From Selenomonadales bacterium UBA7018 (lineage in GTDB: Bacteria > Bacillota > Negativicutes > Selenomonadales > Selenomonadaceae), in the NCBI GenBank assembly GCA_002448305.1, contig DJWY01000035.1:2982-66981 (forward strand): a DNA stretch of 64,000 nucleotides, read 5' to 3'. Positions 52,104-61,424 of this stretch are shown in pieces. Under the pieces are notes generated by a model, which saw nothing but the letters and a program-made list of their open reading frames with translations, was not told the DNA's origin and made no database searches. The position numbers and the translations under genes were made by a program. Within the stretch, counting starts at the first letter, position 1, and every line of letters begins with the position of its first letter.

Positions 52104-53099
52104 ATGAATTTAAAAAGAGTTTTTGTCGCGGCAATCTGCGCGGCGGGCTTGCTGATTAGCGGTTGTGGCGGCGGAACAGATTCTTCTGCGGAAAATAAAA
52201 CCGTCAAAATTTGGACAAGCGGCGAAGATTACAGAAATGAATATTATCTGACTGAATGTCAAAAGAAATTTCCCGACTACAACATAACGCTTGAATACAT
52301 GAACACGAGCAACATTGCCGCTAAAGTTTTGGAAGAGGGCGACAAGGCTGACTGCGATATTATTCTTTCCGAAGAATACGGCTATCTTGAGAAGTGCGGC
52401 GATAATCTCGCTGAACTTGCGGATTTTGATTTTGCGCCGTTCCTTGATGACATTGTCCCAGCCGGTCATAAATATTTGCCAGAGTACAAGAATAGCGGTT
52501 GCATAATCATTAACCGCGCTGTTTTGGATAAAAATAATTTACCGGTGCCGACTTCTTATCAAGATTTGCTCGACCCGCGCTATAAAAATTTAATTTCCAT
52601 GCCAAGCCCTGCGTCGTCTGGTACGGGTTACATGTTCCTGCGCCAACTCGTCAACGAATGGGGCGAAGATGCCGCCTTTGATTATTTCGCTAAGCTGACA
52701 GAAAATATCTTGCAATACACGTCAAGCGGCTCCGGTCCTGTCAATGCACTTGTTCAAGGTGAAGTCGCAATCGGACTCGGAATGACGGGGCAAGCAGTTT
52801 TTGAAATCAATCAAGGCGTCCCGCTCGAAATTATTTTCTTTGCGGAAGGTTCGCCCTTCAGTATGTACGGCAACGCGATTCTTAAAAAGAGTTACGACAG
52901 GCAAGCCGTTCGTGACGTGTTCAATTATCTGGCAACCGACCTTTGCAAGGGCAATAACGAAAAATTTTTCCCAGACCAAATTTTTAAGGACTTCGCCCCG
53001 ACGATTAAAAATTATCCGACCAATATTCATTACGGCAACATGAAAAACGATACGCTTACCGAAAAGGAGCGGCTCCTTAAAAGATGGACATTCAGTTAA
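52104..53099 (+). CDS. ABC substrate-binding lipoprotein, Fe(III)/thiamine/2-aminoethylphosphonate-type (family 1)
   Basis: Lipobox LLISGCGG. Contains PSPASSGTGYMFL. About 330 aa. Confidence 0.72.
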   Translation: MNLKRVFVAAICAAGLLISGCGGGTDSSAENKTVKIWTSGEDYRNEYYLTECQKKFPDYNITLEYMNTSNIAAKVLEEGDKADCDIILSEEYGYLEKCGDNLAELADFDFAPFLDDIVPAGHKYLPEYKNSGCIIINRAVLDKNNLPVPTSYQDLLDPRYKNLISMPSPASSGTGYMFLRQLVNEWGEDAAFDYFAKLTENILQYTSSGSGPVNALVQGEVAIGLGMTGQAVFEINQGVPLEIIFFAEGSPFSMYGNAILKKSYDRQAVRDVFNYLATDLCKGNNEKFFPDQIFKDFAPTIKNYPTNIHYGNMKNDTLTEKERLLKRWTFS

Positions 53100-53845
53100 A
53101 GCTTGAAGTCAAAGAAATTTCCAAGGCGTATGGAAATAATGAAGTTCTCCGCCGCGTGAACTTTGCAGTTCTCGACGGAGAATTTTTTTCCATTCTAGGC
53201 TCATCGGGTTGCGGTAAAACGACCCTTTTGCAAATTTTAATCGGGCTACTTGTCGCCGACGCTGGCAAAATTTTTAAGGACGGAGCCGACATAACTACGT
53301 TGGAACCTGCGCGGCGGGGCATGGGGATTGTCTTTCAAAATTATGCGCTCTTCGATAACATGACGGTTTTTAAAAACGTTTCCTACGCATTGCAATTTCA
53401 CAGCGTTGACAATGAAGCGGCAATAAAAAAAGCCGCGCAAATGCTTGACATTGTCGGCTTGAAAAATTTTTCTGCTAAAATGCCGGCTGAACTCTCTGGC
53501 GGGCAACAACAGCGCGTTGCAATCGCTAGAGCACTCGCCCTTGAGCCGGATATAATTTTATTTGATGAGCCATTATCAGCTCTTGACGCCTCGACGCGCC
53601 TTGATATTCGCCGCGAACTTAAAAATATTCAGCGCACGCTCGGCACGACAATGATTTATGTTACGCACGACCAAGAAGAAGCTTTCGCGCTCTCCGATAA
53701 GATTATGATTTTGAATCGCGGCGTTGTTAGTCAAATTGGTTCGCCGGAGGAAATTATTTCCGCGCCCGCTAACGATTACGTTAAAACTTTCGTGCTTGAT
53801 AATCTCCAGACGAAAATTGATTCCCTGCGCAGGTTCCTGACATGA
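53084..53845 (+). CDS. ABC transporter ATP-binding protein
   Basis: Walker A GSSGCGKTT, signature LSGGQQQR and Walker B IILFDEPLSALD. Overlaps the SBP gene end. Confidence 0.88.
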   Translation: MDIQLKLEVKEISKAYGNNEVLRRVNFAVLDGEFFSILGSSGCGKTTLLQILIGLLVADAGKIFKDGADITTLEPARRGMGIVFQNYALFDNMTVFKNVSYALQFHSVDNEAAIKKAAQMLDIVGLKNFSAKMPAELSGGQQQRVAIARALALEPDIILFDEPLSALDASTRLDIRRELKNIQRTLGTTMIYVTHDQEEAFALSDKIMILNRGVVSQIGSPEEIISAPANDYVKTFVLDNLQTKIDSLRRFLT

Positions 53846-55401
53846 GAAAAACATTTCTAATTTGCGTCGCGGTAATTTTTTCCGCAGGGATATTCGCGCC
53901 ACTCGGCTCGCTTTTCCTTAGGATAACGCCGGAAGGGTTCGTGCAAGTCATTAACTCGCCGCAATTTTCGTCGGCAGTCTGGAATACAATTTCAACAGGG
54001 CTAATCGCGACGATAATTTCATTGACACTAGCATTGGCGGCGGCGTGGACTTTGGAGCGAACAGCGATTAAGCATAAAAATTTCTTCGTGATAATTTTCG
54101 GCGTTCCAATGCTTATCCCGTCAATATCGCATTCGTTTGGATTAGTCGCGCTATTCGGGGCAAATGGTTGGCTAACGAATATTTTCCAATGGAACTTCAA
54201 CATTTACGGCGCGGCGGGCATAATCGCTGGTTCGATTATGTACGCTTTTCCGGTAGCGTTCTTTATATTTATGAGTGTTCTGCAGTGCGAAGACGGCTCG
54301 CCTTATTTGGCGGCTGAAGTTTTAGGCGTTCCGAAAATTCGCCAGTTCTTGGATTTAACTTTGCCTTACCTTAAGCGAACGATTATATCAACCTTCTTTG
54401 CGATTTTCTCAATGATTGCCACTGATTACGGCGTCCCGCTGATGATTGGCGGCAAGACGATTACGCTATCTGTTCTGATGTATAATAAAGCCGTCGCGAT
54501 GATGGATTACAATTCGGGCAGTGTTATCGGCGCGTTTTTGATTATCCCTGCGGTGATTGCGTTTCTTGCCGACATACTTAATCCTGCGCAAAAGCAAAAC
54601 GATTTCGCTAAAAATATTTCTGTTGACGATAAGTATTCAAGCCGCGCAGGTTTTATTTTCTGCCTAAGTTTGAGCGCATTAATCGTCGCGCCGATTCTAA
54701 CTTTTTGCGTTATGATTTTTGCGGCAAAATATCCCGCCGATATGAGCTTCACGCTTTATCACGTCATGCGGACAATTCATCGCGGCGCGCTTGATAATTG
54801 GCTGAACTCGTTAATCATTGCTTTTATCTCTGCTGGCGTCGGGACGATTTTTTCATTTGCGCTTGCGTACTTTTCGACGCGCACGGAAGGTTTCGCCGCG
54901 AGGATTATTCATTTACTATCGATTTTCCCAATGACGATTCCTGGAATTGCACTTGGCTTAGGTTATGTTATTTTCTTCCACGACTTACCGATTTACGGCA
55001 CGCTGATAATTCTTGCCGCCGTTAATGTCATGCATTTTTTCTCGTCGCCGTATCTTATGATGCGCAATACTCTTGAAAAAATCAGCTCCAATGTCGAAGC
55101 AGTCGGAAAAGTTTTAGGAATTCCGCGCAGATTTATAATTCGCGATATTATTTTGCCTAAAGTGCGCTTTACGCTGTACGAAATGTTCGCGTATTTTTTC
55201 GTTAATGCGATGATGACAATTTCCGCCGTGAGTTACCTTGCGCCGCCCGCGCCCAAGCCGATTGCATTAATGATAACGCAGTTTGAGGCGCAACGGCTAA
55301 TTGAGAGCGCGGCGGTTGTCTCGATTGCAATTCTGCTGACGAATCTTGCCCTTAAAATTTTTTTCACAATGCTAAACAGAAAAACTCCTGCAAGCCAATA
55401 A
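53842..55401 (+). CDS. Fused two-module ABC permease (FbpB/ThiP/PhnU2-like)
   Basis: 519 aa with two tandem 6-TM BPD-transport modules. Start overlaps the ATPase stop (ATGA). Confidence 0.85.
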   Translation: MRKTFLICVAVIFSAGIFAPLGSLFLRITPEGFVQVINSPQFSSAVWNTISTGLIATIISLTLALAAAWTLERTAIKHKNFFVIIFGVPMLIPSISHSFGLVALFGANGWLTNIFQWNFNIYGAAGIIAGSIMYAFPVAFFIFMSVLQCEDGSPYLAAEVLGVPKIRQFLDLTLPYLKRTIISTFFAIFSMIATDYGVPLMIGGKTITLSVLMYNKAVAMMDYNSGSVIGAFLIIPAVIAFLADILNPAQKQNDFAKNISVDDKYSSRAGFIFCLSLSALIVAPILTFCVMIFAAKYPADMSFTLYHVMRTIHRGALDNWLNSLIIAFISAGVGTIFSFALAYFSTRTEGFAARIIHLLSIFPMTIPGIALGLGYVIFFHDLPIYGTLIILAAVNVMHFFSSPYLMMRNTLEKISSNVEAVGKVLGIPRRFIIRDIILPKVRFTLYEMFAYFFVNAMMTISAVSYLAPPAPKPIALMITQFEAQRLIESAAVVSIAILLTNLALKIFFTMLNRKTPASQ

Positions 55402-55445
55402 AATTTCTGCTAGAATAAGCGAAAAACATTTAAGAGGAGCAAATT

Positions 55446-56879
55446 ATGACCGCTAAAAAAAATCCGACGACCTTAAGTTCATTTGTGCCGCCGATTTTAT
55501 TTGCGCTATTCGATTATGTTGGCGTCGTCTTGAGCGAACATCTTGCCTTTGCCCTGCGCGATTTTTTGGACACTTGGAACCGCGTTACTTATATCTACGC
55601 CGATTCTTATATTTATGGTTGGGTGCCGTTACTATTTCTGATTTTCTTGGGGCAATCGCGAACGTATCGGCAAATGAAACCGGTCGTCGACACCATGCGC
55701 GATATTTTTAAATCGGTCTTCGCGGGCTGGCTTGCGACGATAATCATAATTTATTTTCTCAAGGCAAGTAATGCATCTTCGCGACTTTTCATAATTTTAT
55801 TCGGATTGTTCGTGCTGATAAATGTTTGCGTGATTCGTTACGTCGTATTGAAGTTTCTTAAGCAGCGGAATATTTTCTACGAGCCGATAATTTTAATAGG
55901 CGCGGGATTGACGGCGGAGCGATTGATAAAATTTTGGCAAGATGATTTAGGCTATCGTTATAAAGTTGTCGGGTTGATTGATGACCATCCGGTCTCGAAA
56001 GATTTGCCGAAAGATTTCCCGATATTAGGAGGCTTTGACGAAGCACGCAGTATTATTCGGGCGGCGAAAGTTAAAACGGTCGTGATAGCCGCGCCGGGAC
56101 TCGGCAAGGAAAAACTTCAGGAACTAATCAGCAAGATTCAACCGCACGTCAAAAAAATTTCGTTTATTCCCGACCTAATCGGAACGCCCATGTCTAGCGC
56201 GGAACTTTCGATTCTCTTCAGTGAGAAAATTTTAATGCTCAACCTGCGCAATAATCTTGCAAGCCCGTACAACCGGCTTATCAAAAGAATTTTCGACTTG
56301 ACGTTGACAATTTGCGGCGGGCTGATGATTTCGCCGATATTGTTACTGATTGCGATTATGGTTGGCATAGACAATCGCGGGCGAATAATTTTTGCGCATA
56401 AGCGAGTTGGCGCGGCAGGGAAAAAATTCCCGTGCTATAAATTCCAAACTATGGTACCCGACGCCGAAGAGAAGTTGAAAAAATATCTGGCTGAAAATCC
56501 CGACGCTAAGCGCGAATGGGAAGAAAGTTTCAAGCTGACGAATGACCCGCGAGTTACGAAATTGGGCGGCTGGTTGCGCAAGACTAGCCTTGACGAATTG
56601 CCGCAACTTTGGAATGTTATTCGTGGGGAAATGAGCCTTGTGGGACCGCGTCCGATTGTTCAAGCTGAAATCTCACGCTACGGCAAAAATATTCGTGAAT
56701 ACTATATGGTTTTGCCCGGAATAACCGGTATGTGGCAAGTCAGCGGGCGTAGCGATACGACTTATCCTGAGCGCGTCGCTATGGATACTTGGTACGTGCG
56801 CAACTGGTCGGTCTGGATTGATATTATGTATCTGTTCAAGACGGTTAAGGCTGTCTTCAAGGGCAAGGGTGCCTATTGA
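55446..56879 (+). CDS. Polyprenyl-phosphate glycosylphosphotransferase (WbaP/EpsB-like 'bacterial sugar transferase')
   Basis: N-terminal TM bundle, a central Rossmann-like segment, and a C-terminal catalytic domain with DELPQLWNVIRGEMSLVGPRP and PGITGMWQVSGRS. Confidence 0.85.
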   Translation: MTAKKNPTTLSSFVPPILFALFDYVGVVLSEHLAFALRDFLDTWNRVTYIYADSYIYGWVPLLFLIFLGQSRTYRQMKPVVDTMRDIFKSVFAGWLATIIIIYFLKASNASSRLFIILFGLFVLINVCVIRYVVLKFLKQRNIFYEPIILIGAGLTAERLIKFWQDDLGYRYKVVGLIDDHPVSKDLPKDFPILGGFDEARSIIRAAKVKTVVIAAPGLGKEKLQELISKIQPHVKKISFIPDLIGTPMSSAELSILFSEKILMLNLRNNLASPYNRLIKRIFDLTLTICGGLMISPILLLIAIMVGIDNRGRIIFAHKRVGAAGKKFPCYKFQTMVPDAEEKLKKYLAENPDAKREWEESFKLTNDPRVTKLGGWLRKTSLDELPQLWNVIRGEMSLVGPRPIVQAEISRYGKNIREYYMVLPGITGMWQVSGRSDTTYPERVAMDTWYVRNWSVWIDIMYLFKTVKAVFKGKGAY

Positions 56880-56897
56880 TAGAAGGGAGCAATTTAT

Positions 56898-57455
56898 ATG
56901 AAGTTGATAATCGGTATGACGGGCGCAAGCGGCGTTGTTATCGCCGTAGAACTTTTGCGCCGCCTTAAAGATATTCAAGACGTCGAAACGCATTTAATCA
57001 TAACCGAAGGCGCGGAACTCACTATTCGCGACGAGACGAACTTTGACATTTTCGAGATTCGCCGCCTTGCCGATTTTGTTTACGACGTGAACCAAATGGA
57101 CGCTTCGATTGCAAGCGGAAGTTTTCTCGTTGACGGAATGATTATCGTCCCGTGCACAATGAAAACGCTTGCGGGCATTGCGTCCGGTTATTGCGAAAAT
57201 CTTTTGCTCCGCGCCGCTGACGTTTGCATAAAGGAAAATCGAAAACTTTTGCTCGTGCCGCGTGAAATGCCTTTCAGCAAAATTCACTTGCGCAACATGA
57301 AAGAACTTGCTGACTGCGGCGCAATCATTATGCCGCCCGTTATGACATTTTATAACACGCCAACGACTTTGGAGGCGCAAGTTAATCATATCGTCAATAA
57401 AATCCTACGGCTGTTCAATCTGCCCGATAATATGGTCGAGTGGAAAAAACCTTAA
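56898..57455 (+). CDS. ubiX: Flavin prenyltransferase UbiX
   Basis: Contains MKLIIGMTGASGVVIAVELL and PCTMKTLAGIASG. 185 aa. Confidence 0.9.
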   Translation: MKLIIGMTGASGVVIAVELLRRLKDIQDVETHLIITEGAELTIRDETNFDIFEIRRLADFVYDVNQMDASIASGSFLVDGMIIVPCTMKTLAGIASGYCENLLLRAADVCIKENRKLLLVPREMPFSKIHLRNMKELADCGAIIMPPVMTFYNTPTTLEAQVNHIVNKILRLFNLPDNMVEWKKP

Positions 57456-58294
57456 CGCAATTTCTTTATAACGTATGTCGGCAACATGAACGCGCCCACA
57501 TGCACTTTCGGGTTATAATAATTTGTCTGCAGATTCAGTGCTTGCCAGCGTCCGAAGTCTACAGCGTTTGTCGGGTGAAATTTTTTCGACGCGAAACCGA
57601 ATAGCCATTGCCCCGCAGGATATGTCGGAATATTTATCTGATAAACGCGCACGACTGGGAACGAACCGGCTAATCTTTTATGCGCTCGTTGCATTGCTGC
57701 CGCGTCGTGGTTGTAAAATGGATTTTCGTGCTGATTTATCATTATGCCGCTTGCCTTGAGCGCATTGAAGCAGTTGCCGTAAAATTCTTTTGTGAATAAG
57801 CCTTCGCCCACGCCGAAAGGGTCAGTAGAATCAATTATTATCAAGTCGTATTCGTCCGATTTACGCCGAACAAATTTTAGCCCGTCCGCGAAAAATATTT
57901 CCACTCGCGGATTATCTAAGCAACTCGCCGTTTGCGGGATATATTTTCGGCAAGCCCTAACGACCGTTTCATCTATCTCCACCAAATCAATTTTTTCTAT
58001 CGTGTCATATTTTAAAAGTTCTCGCGCAGAGCCGCCGTCGCCGCCCCCGACCAATAGCACTTTTTTTATGTCCGGATTAACGCACATTGGCACATGCGTT
58101 ATCATTTCGTGATAAATAAATTCGTCGCGCTCGGTTATCATTATGCGCCCATCGAGAACCAACAGACGCCCGAATTCCGCTGAATCAAATATATCGACCC
58201 GTTGAAATTCGCTGACTTCGCTGAAAAGTTGTTTATCGACTTTCAATGAAAAGCGTACGTTCGGCGTATGCAATTCGCTGAACCATAACTCCAT
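57452..58294 (-). CDS. speE: Spermidine synthase (polyamine aminopropyltransferase) SpeE
   Basis: Contains MELWFSE, VLLVGGGDGGSAREL and IIIDSTDP. Confidence 0.9.
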   Translation of the reverse strand: MELWFSELHTPNVRFSLKVDKQLFSEVSEFQRVDIFDSAEFGRLLVLDGRIMITERDEFIYHEMITHVPMCVNPDIKKVLLVGGGDGGSARELLKYDTIEKIDLVEIDETVVRACRKYIPQTASCLDNPRVEIFFADGLKFVRRKSDEYDLIIIDSTDPFGVGEGLFTKEFYGNCFNALKASGIMINQHENPFYNHDAAAMQRAHKRLAGSFPVVRVYQINIPTYPAGQWLFGFASKKFHPTNAVDFGRWQALNLQTNYYNPKVHVGAFMLPTYVIKKLR

Positions 58295-58297
58295 TTT

Positions 58298-59752
58298 CTA
58301 TCGCCCCTTTATCACTTGCAAGCGTTTTATCGTCATATCTTCGGGACCTGTCAGCTGGCAACCTTTACGCTTAGCGTACTTCACGTAGTCTAAAATTTCT
58401 TTGGTGATTCTTTCGCCCGGAGCCAGTATCGGAATGCCGGGAGGATAGCACATTAAAAATTCTGCCGCCGTCTCGCCAACCGTTTCAGCTATCGGCAGAG
58501 ATTTTTTTTCGGCGTAGAAAGCTTCTTTGGGCGTCGCGTCGACTATCGGCGAAATGTATTCAACTTTCATCAGCCGCGCAGAATCTTTCCTATAAATTCT
58601 TTTAACGTCGGCTAATGCGCTAACCAATCGTTCAATATCTTTAACTCTGTCGCCGACCGAAACATAAGCTAAAATATTTGCAATGTCGCCGAACTCAAGC
58701 TGAATGTCGTATTCATCGCGCAAAATGTCATAAACCTCGACGCCCGCTAAGCCAACCGACCGCGTATAAACTGACAATTTCGTTACGTCAAAATCATAAA
58801 TCGCGCCGCCGTCGACAAGCTCTTTCCCGTAAGCGTACCAGCCGCCCAGATAATTTATTTCATCGCGGGCATATTCAACTAGCTCAATCACATTGTCGAA
58901 AATTTCCGAGCCGCGCAGGGCTAAATTTCGTCGCGAAATATCTAGGCTTGCCATAAGTAGATATGAGCCGCTTGTCGTCTGCGTCAAATTTATTATCTGG
59001 TGGACGTAGCCCGCGTTGATATTTTCGCCCGTCAACAGCAGTGAACTTTGCGTAAGCGAGCCGCCCGATTTATGCATTGAGACTGCCGCCATATCAGCCC
59101 CGACTGACATAGCTGACGCCGGCAATTTTTGGTTGAAATAAAAATGCGTGCCGTGCGCTTCGTCCGCTAAAACTTTCAAGCCGTGTTCGTGCGCTACTTT
59201 AGTTATCGTCGCTATGTCCGAGCATATCCCGTAGTAAGTCGGATTGTTCACCAAAACGGCTTTAGCGTCGGGATTATTTTTTATCGCCGCGATTACTTCT
59301 TCGACCTTCATGCCCAGCGAAATTCCTAAACGTTCGTCGACTTGCGGATTGACATAAATTGGAATTGCGCCGCTTAGTATCAAAGCATTTATCGCGCTCC
59401 GGTGGACATTTCGCGGCAGGATTATCTTATCGCCTGGCTTGCACACGGTTAAAATCATTGCTTGCACAGCTTGAGTTGTGCCGCCTGTTATGAAAAAGCT
59501 ATGCGCCGCGCCGAATGCTTCTGCCGCTAAAATTTCCGCGTCTCTTATCACCGACACTGGATGACATAAATTATCTAGCGGCTTCATTGAATTTACGTCG
59601 ACTTCTAAGCAACGTTGCCCTAAAAATTCTAGCAAGTCGGCGTTGCCACGCCCGTGTTTATGTCCAGGCACATCAAATGGCACTAAGCGCGTCGCCCTCA
59701 TTTTTTCCAATGATTCCATTATTGGAGCACGTTCTTGCGTCAAATATTCCAT
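58298..59752 (-). CDS. Orn/Lys/Arg decarboxylase, Bacillus SpeA type (PLP-dependent)
   Basis: OKR_DC_1-type protein with VPGHKHG and the PLP site SMHKSGGSLTQ. 484 aa. Lies directly upstream of speE. Confidence 0.85.
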   Translation of the reverse strand: MEYLTQERAPIMESLEKMRATRLVPFDVPGHKHGRGNADLLEFLGQRCLEVDVNSMKPLDNLCHPVSVIRDAEILAAEAFGAAHSFFITGGTTQAVQAMILTVCKPGDKIILPRNVHRSAINALILSGAIPIYVNPQVDERLGISLGMKVEEVIAAIKNNPDAKAVLVNNPTYYGICSDIATITKVAHEHGLKVLADEAHGTHFYFNQKLPASAMSVGADMAAVSMHKSGGSLTQSSLLLTGENINAGYVHQIINLTQTTSGSYLLMASLDISRRNLALRGSEIFDNVIELVEYARDEINYLGGWYAYGKELVDGGAIYDFDVTKLSVYTRSVGLAGVEVYDILRDEYDIQLEFGDIANILAYVSVGDRVKDIERLVSALADVKRIYRKDSARLMKVEYISPIVDATPKEAFYAEKKSLPIAETVGETAAEFLMCYPPGIPILAPGERITKEILDYVKYAKRKGCQLTGPEDMTIKRLQVIKGR

Positions 59753-59801
59753 TGTGTTTTCTCCTTAAAAAAAGCGGGCTTTCGTTGCCCGCTATTTTTT
59801 C

Positions 59802-60440
59802 TCAGTTGTAACGTCTCAACTTCGTAGCCATTGCCGCTTGTGCGCTCTCGACCTCGAAGCCTTCAGGCACATACAAGACGATTTTGCCCGAAATCATTTC
59901 GACGTGTCCGCTTATCGTGTACACTACGCCCAAGACGAAATCGCTAATTCTCTGCTGAACTGCTTCGTCCATGCCTTCATAGTTCACGACAACCGCGTTA
60001 TTTTTTATCAAGTCCTGACCGATTGCCTTAACTTGTTCGTCGTATTTTGTCGGCGTATAAATTCGCATAGTTATTTGCGGCGTCTTGACTACAGCTAAAC
60101 TCGGTCGCACTGACGGTTCCGACGTGTCATAAGCGACGTAGCGTCTATCGCCAATCGTCGCGCTATCCGACGTGCTGACCCTTGTCCGCGTGAAACCGCC
60201 GATTCCGCCGCTTGCCATTTGCCTTTCCGCCTGGAAATTTTGCATGATTGGTTCTTGTGCCTTTTGCGTATTTTGTTCGACGGGTTTTTCAACCGGTTTC
60301 GGTTCGGCTTTTGGTTCTTCGGTTTTTGCCTCGACTTTTTTAGTTTCTTTCGGCTCGTCTTCCTCTACAATGTTTTCGACCGGCATTATTATATCCGTTA
60401 CCTTTTTTACGAAATCCTTAAGTGAATCAAGTACCGACAT
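59802..60440 (-). CDS. sepF: Cell division protein SepF
   Basis: N-terminal amphipathic MSVLDSLKDFVKKV, a P/E/K-rich linker and a C-terminal DUF552 core (MRIYTPTKYDEQVKAIGQDLIKNNAVVVNYEGMD...ISGKIVLYVP). Confidence 0.8.
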   Translation of the reverse strand: MSVLDSLKDFVKKVTDIIMPVENIVEEDEPKETKKVEAKTEEPKAEPKPVEKPVEQNTQKAQEPIMQNFQAERQMASGGIGGFTRTRVSTSDSATIGDRRYVAYDTSEPSVRPSLAVVKTPQITMRIYTPTKYDEQVKAIGQDLIKNNAVVVNYEGMDEAVQQRISDFVLGVVYTISGHVEMISGKIVLYVPEGFEVESAQAAMATKLRRYN

Positions 60441-60533
60441 CTCTATCGCCCTTCCGCTTTATAATTTGCGTGCCCATTCTAGCATACTGCTTTATAAATT
60501 GCAAAGGGTTTTTTCAAAAAAATTTCAGATTGT

Positions 60534-61241
60534 TTAGTAGAAGTCTCTAAGGCGTTCTGCGCCGCTCAATTTCTTTAAGGCATCCGCCTCAATCGAAAGC
60601 AATGATTCAGGGCGCAACTTTAAAATTTTAGAAACTTCTTCTGCTGAATGCGCTCTTCCGCCCGTCAAGCCGAATCTCAATGCCAAAATTTTTTTCTCGG
60701 TCATAGTCAAATGTTTCATTGCTTCGTGCAGTAATTCTGCAAGCTGTTGTCTATCCATGCGCTCGAAATGCGTTGGCGCGTCCATATCGGCGACCAAATC
60801 CATTAGCGTTAAGCCTTCAATGTAATCGCCTTCGATAGCGTATTCATCTTTTGATTCATAAGTTCTTTCGTCTATCGGCGTATCTAAGGAAACTCCCCTA
60901 TCAGCTTGAAGTTCCCGCAAGCCGCGAATGATTGCTTTTTCTATGCATTCTTCCGCGTATTCAATGAAGGTCGGCGAGCCTTTTGTACTGAATTTTTTTA
61001 CTGCCTTCAGAAGCCCGATATTGCCTTCTTGAATCAAGTCAGAGAACGCCGCGCCGCGTCCGATATATTTGCGGGCTATGTCGACGACCAAACGCAAATT
61101 TGCATTGACTAATTCTAGTTGCGCCTCTTCGTCGCCTGCGCCTGCCCGCGTCAATAGCGTATGAAATTCTTGCGCGCTCAATAGCGGGATTTGCTCAACC
61201 TCCTCTAAATATATTTGTACATCTTCCCTCATTGCACTCAC
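60534..61241 (-). CDS. Sigma-70-family RNA polymerase sigma factor, atypical (SigH-like region 2)
   Basis: Region 2.1/2.2 reads NLRLVVDIARKY..DLIQEGNIGLLKAVKKF. Region 4 HTH reads LTMTEKKILALRFGL..HSAEEVSKILKLRPESLLSIEADALKKL. The listed start is GTG 61241; ATG 61232 is an alternative. Confidence 0.8.
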   Translation of the reverse strand: MSAMREDVQIYLEEVEQIPLLSAQEFHTLLTRAGAGDEEAQLELVNANLRLVVDIARKYIGRGAAFSDLIQEGNIGLLKAVKKFSTKGSPTFIEYAEECIEKAIIRGLRELQADRGVSLDTPIDERTYESKDEYAIEGDYIEGLTLMDLVADMDAPTHFERMDRQQLAELLHEAMKHLTMTEKKILALRFGLTGGRAHSAEEVSKILKLRPESLLSIEADALKKLSGAERLRDFY

Positions 61242-61258
61242 CGCCCTTTAAATTCGAT

Positions 61259-61331
61259 TAGGAATTTGGAATGTATAATTAGGAATTATTTGCTTTTCCA
61301 TTCCTAATTCCTAATTCATAATTCATAATTA
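61259..61331. repeat. Inverted double heptamer array: 4 forward GGAATTN-type units, a 10-nt spacer, then 5 reverse-complement units
   Basis: Forward units AGGAATT TGGAATG TATAATT AGGAATT span 61259-61286. Reverse units CCATTCC TAATTCC TAATTCA TAATTCA TAATTAC span 61297-61331. AATTAGGAAT and ATTCCTAATT can pair. The element lies between the divergent sigma gene and the large ORF. Confidence 0.85.
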
Positions 61332-61395
61332 CACTTTCGCGGTCAGGGTGATATTTCCTGCATTGGAATTGTTATTAGCTATTAATATTCGCGAC

Positions 61396-61424
61396 TTGAC
61401 AAAAATTTTATGCTGCAATATTAT
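61396..61424 (+). promoter_or_regulatory. Near-consensus sigma-70 promoter upstream of the large open-ended ORF
   Basis: TTGACA (61396-61401), 17-nt spacer, TATTAT (61419-61424). It would give a leader of about 320 nt before ATG 61753. Confidence 0.55.

Noticed and set aside
53781-54203. 140-aa minus-strand ORF at the ATPase/permease junction.
   Set aside because: It is antisense to two translationally coupled ABC genes.
56898-57455. ubiX without an adjacent ubiD as a sign of an unusual decarboxylase system.
   Set aside because: UbiX is frequently encoded apart from its UbiD-family partner, so nothing in the window makes this remarkable.
17331-61331. Whether the heptamer arrays could be a CRISPR array or a minisatellite-type mobile element.
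   Set aside because: The units are 7 bp with no spacers, and the arrays are only 28-35 bp long. No cas or transposase genes are present, and I did not see target-site duplications. They are best described as dispersed short tandem repeats.
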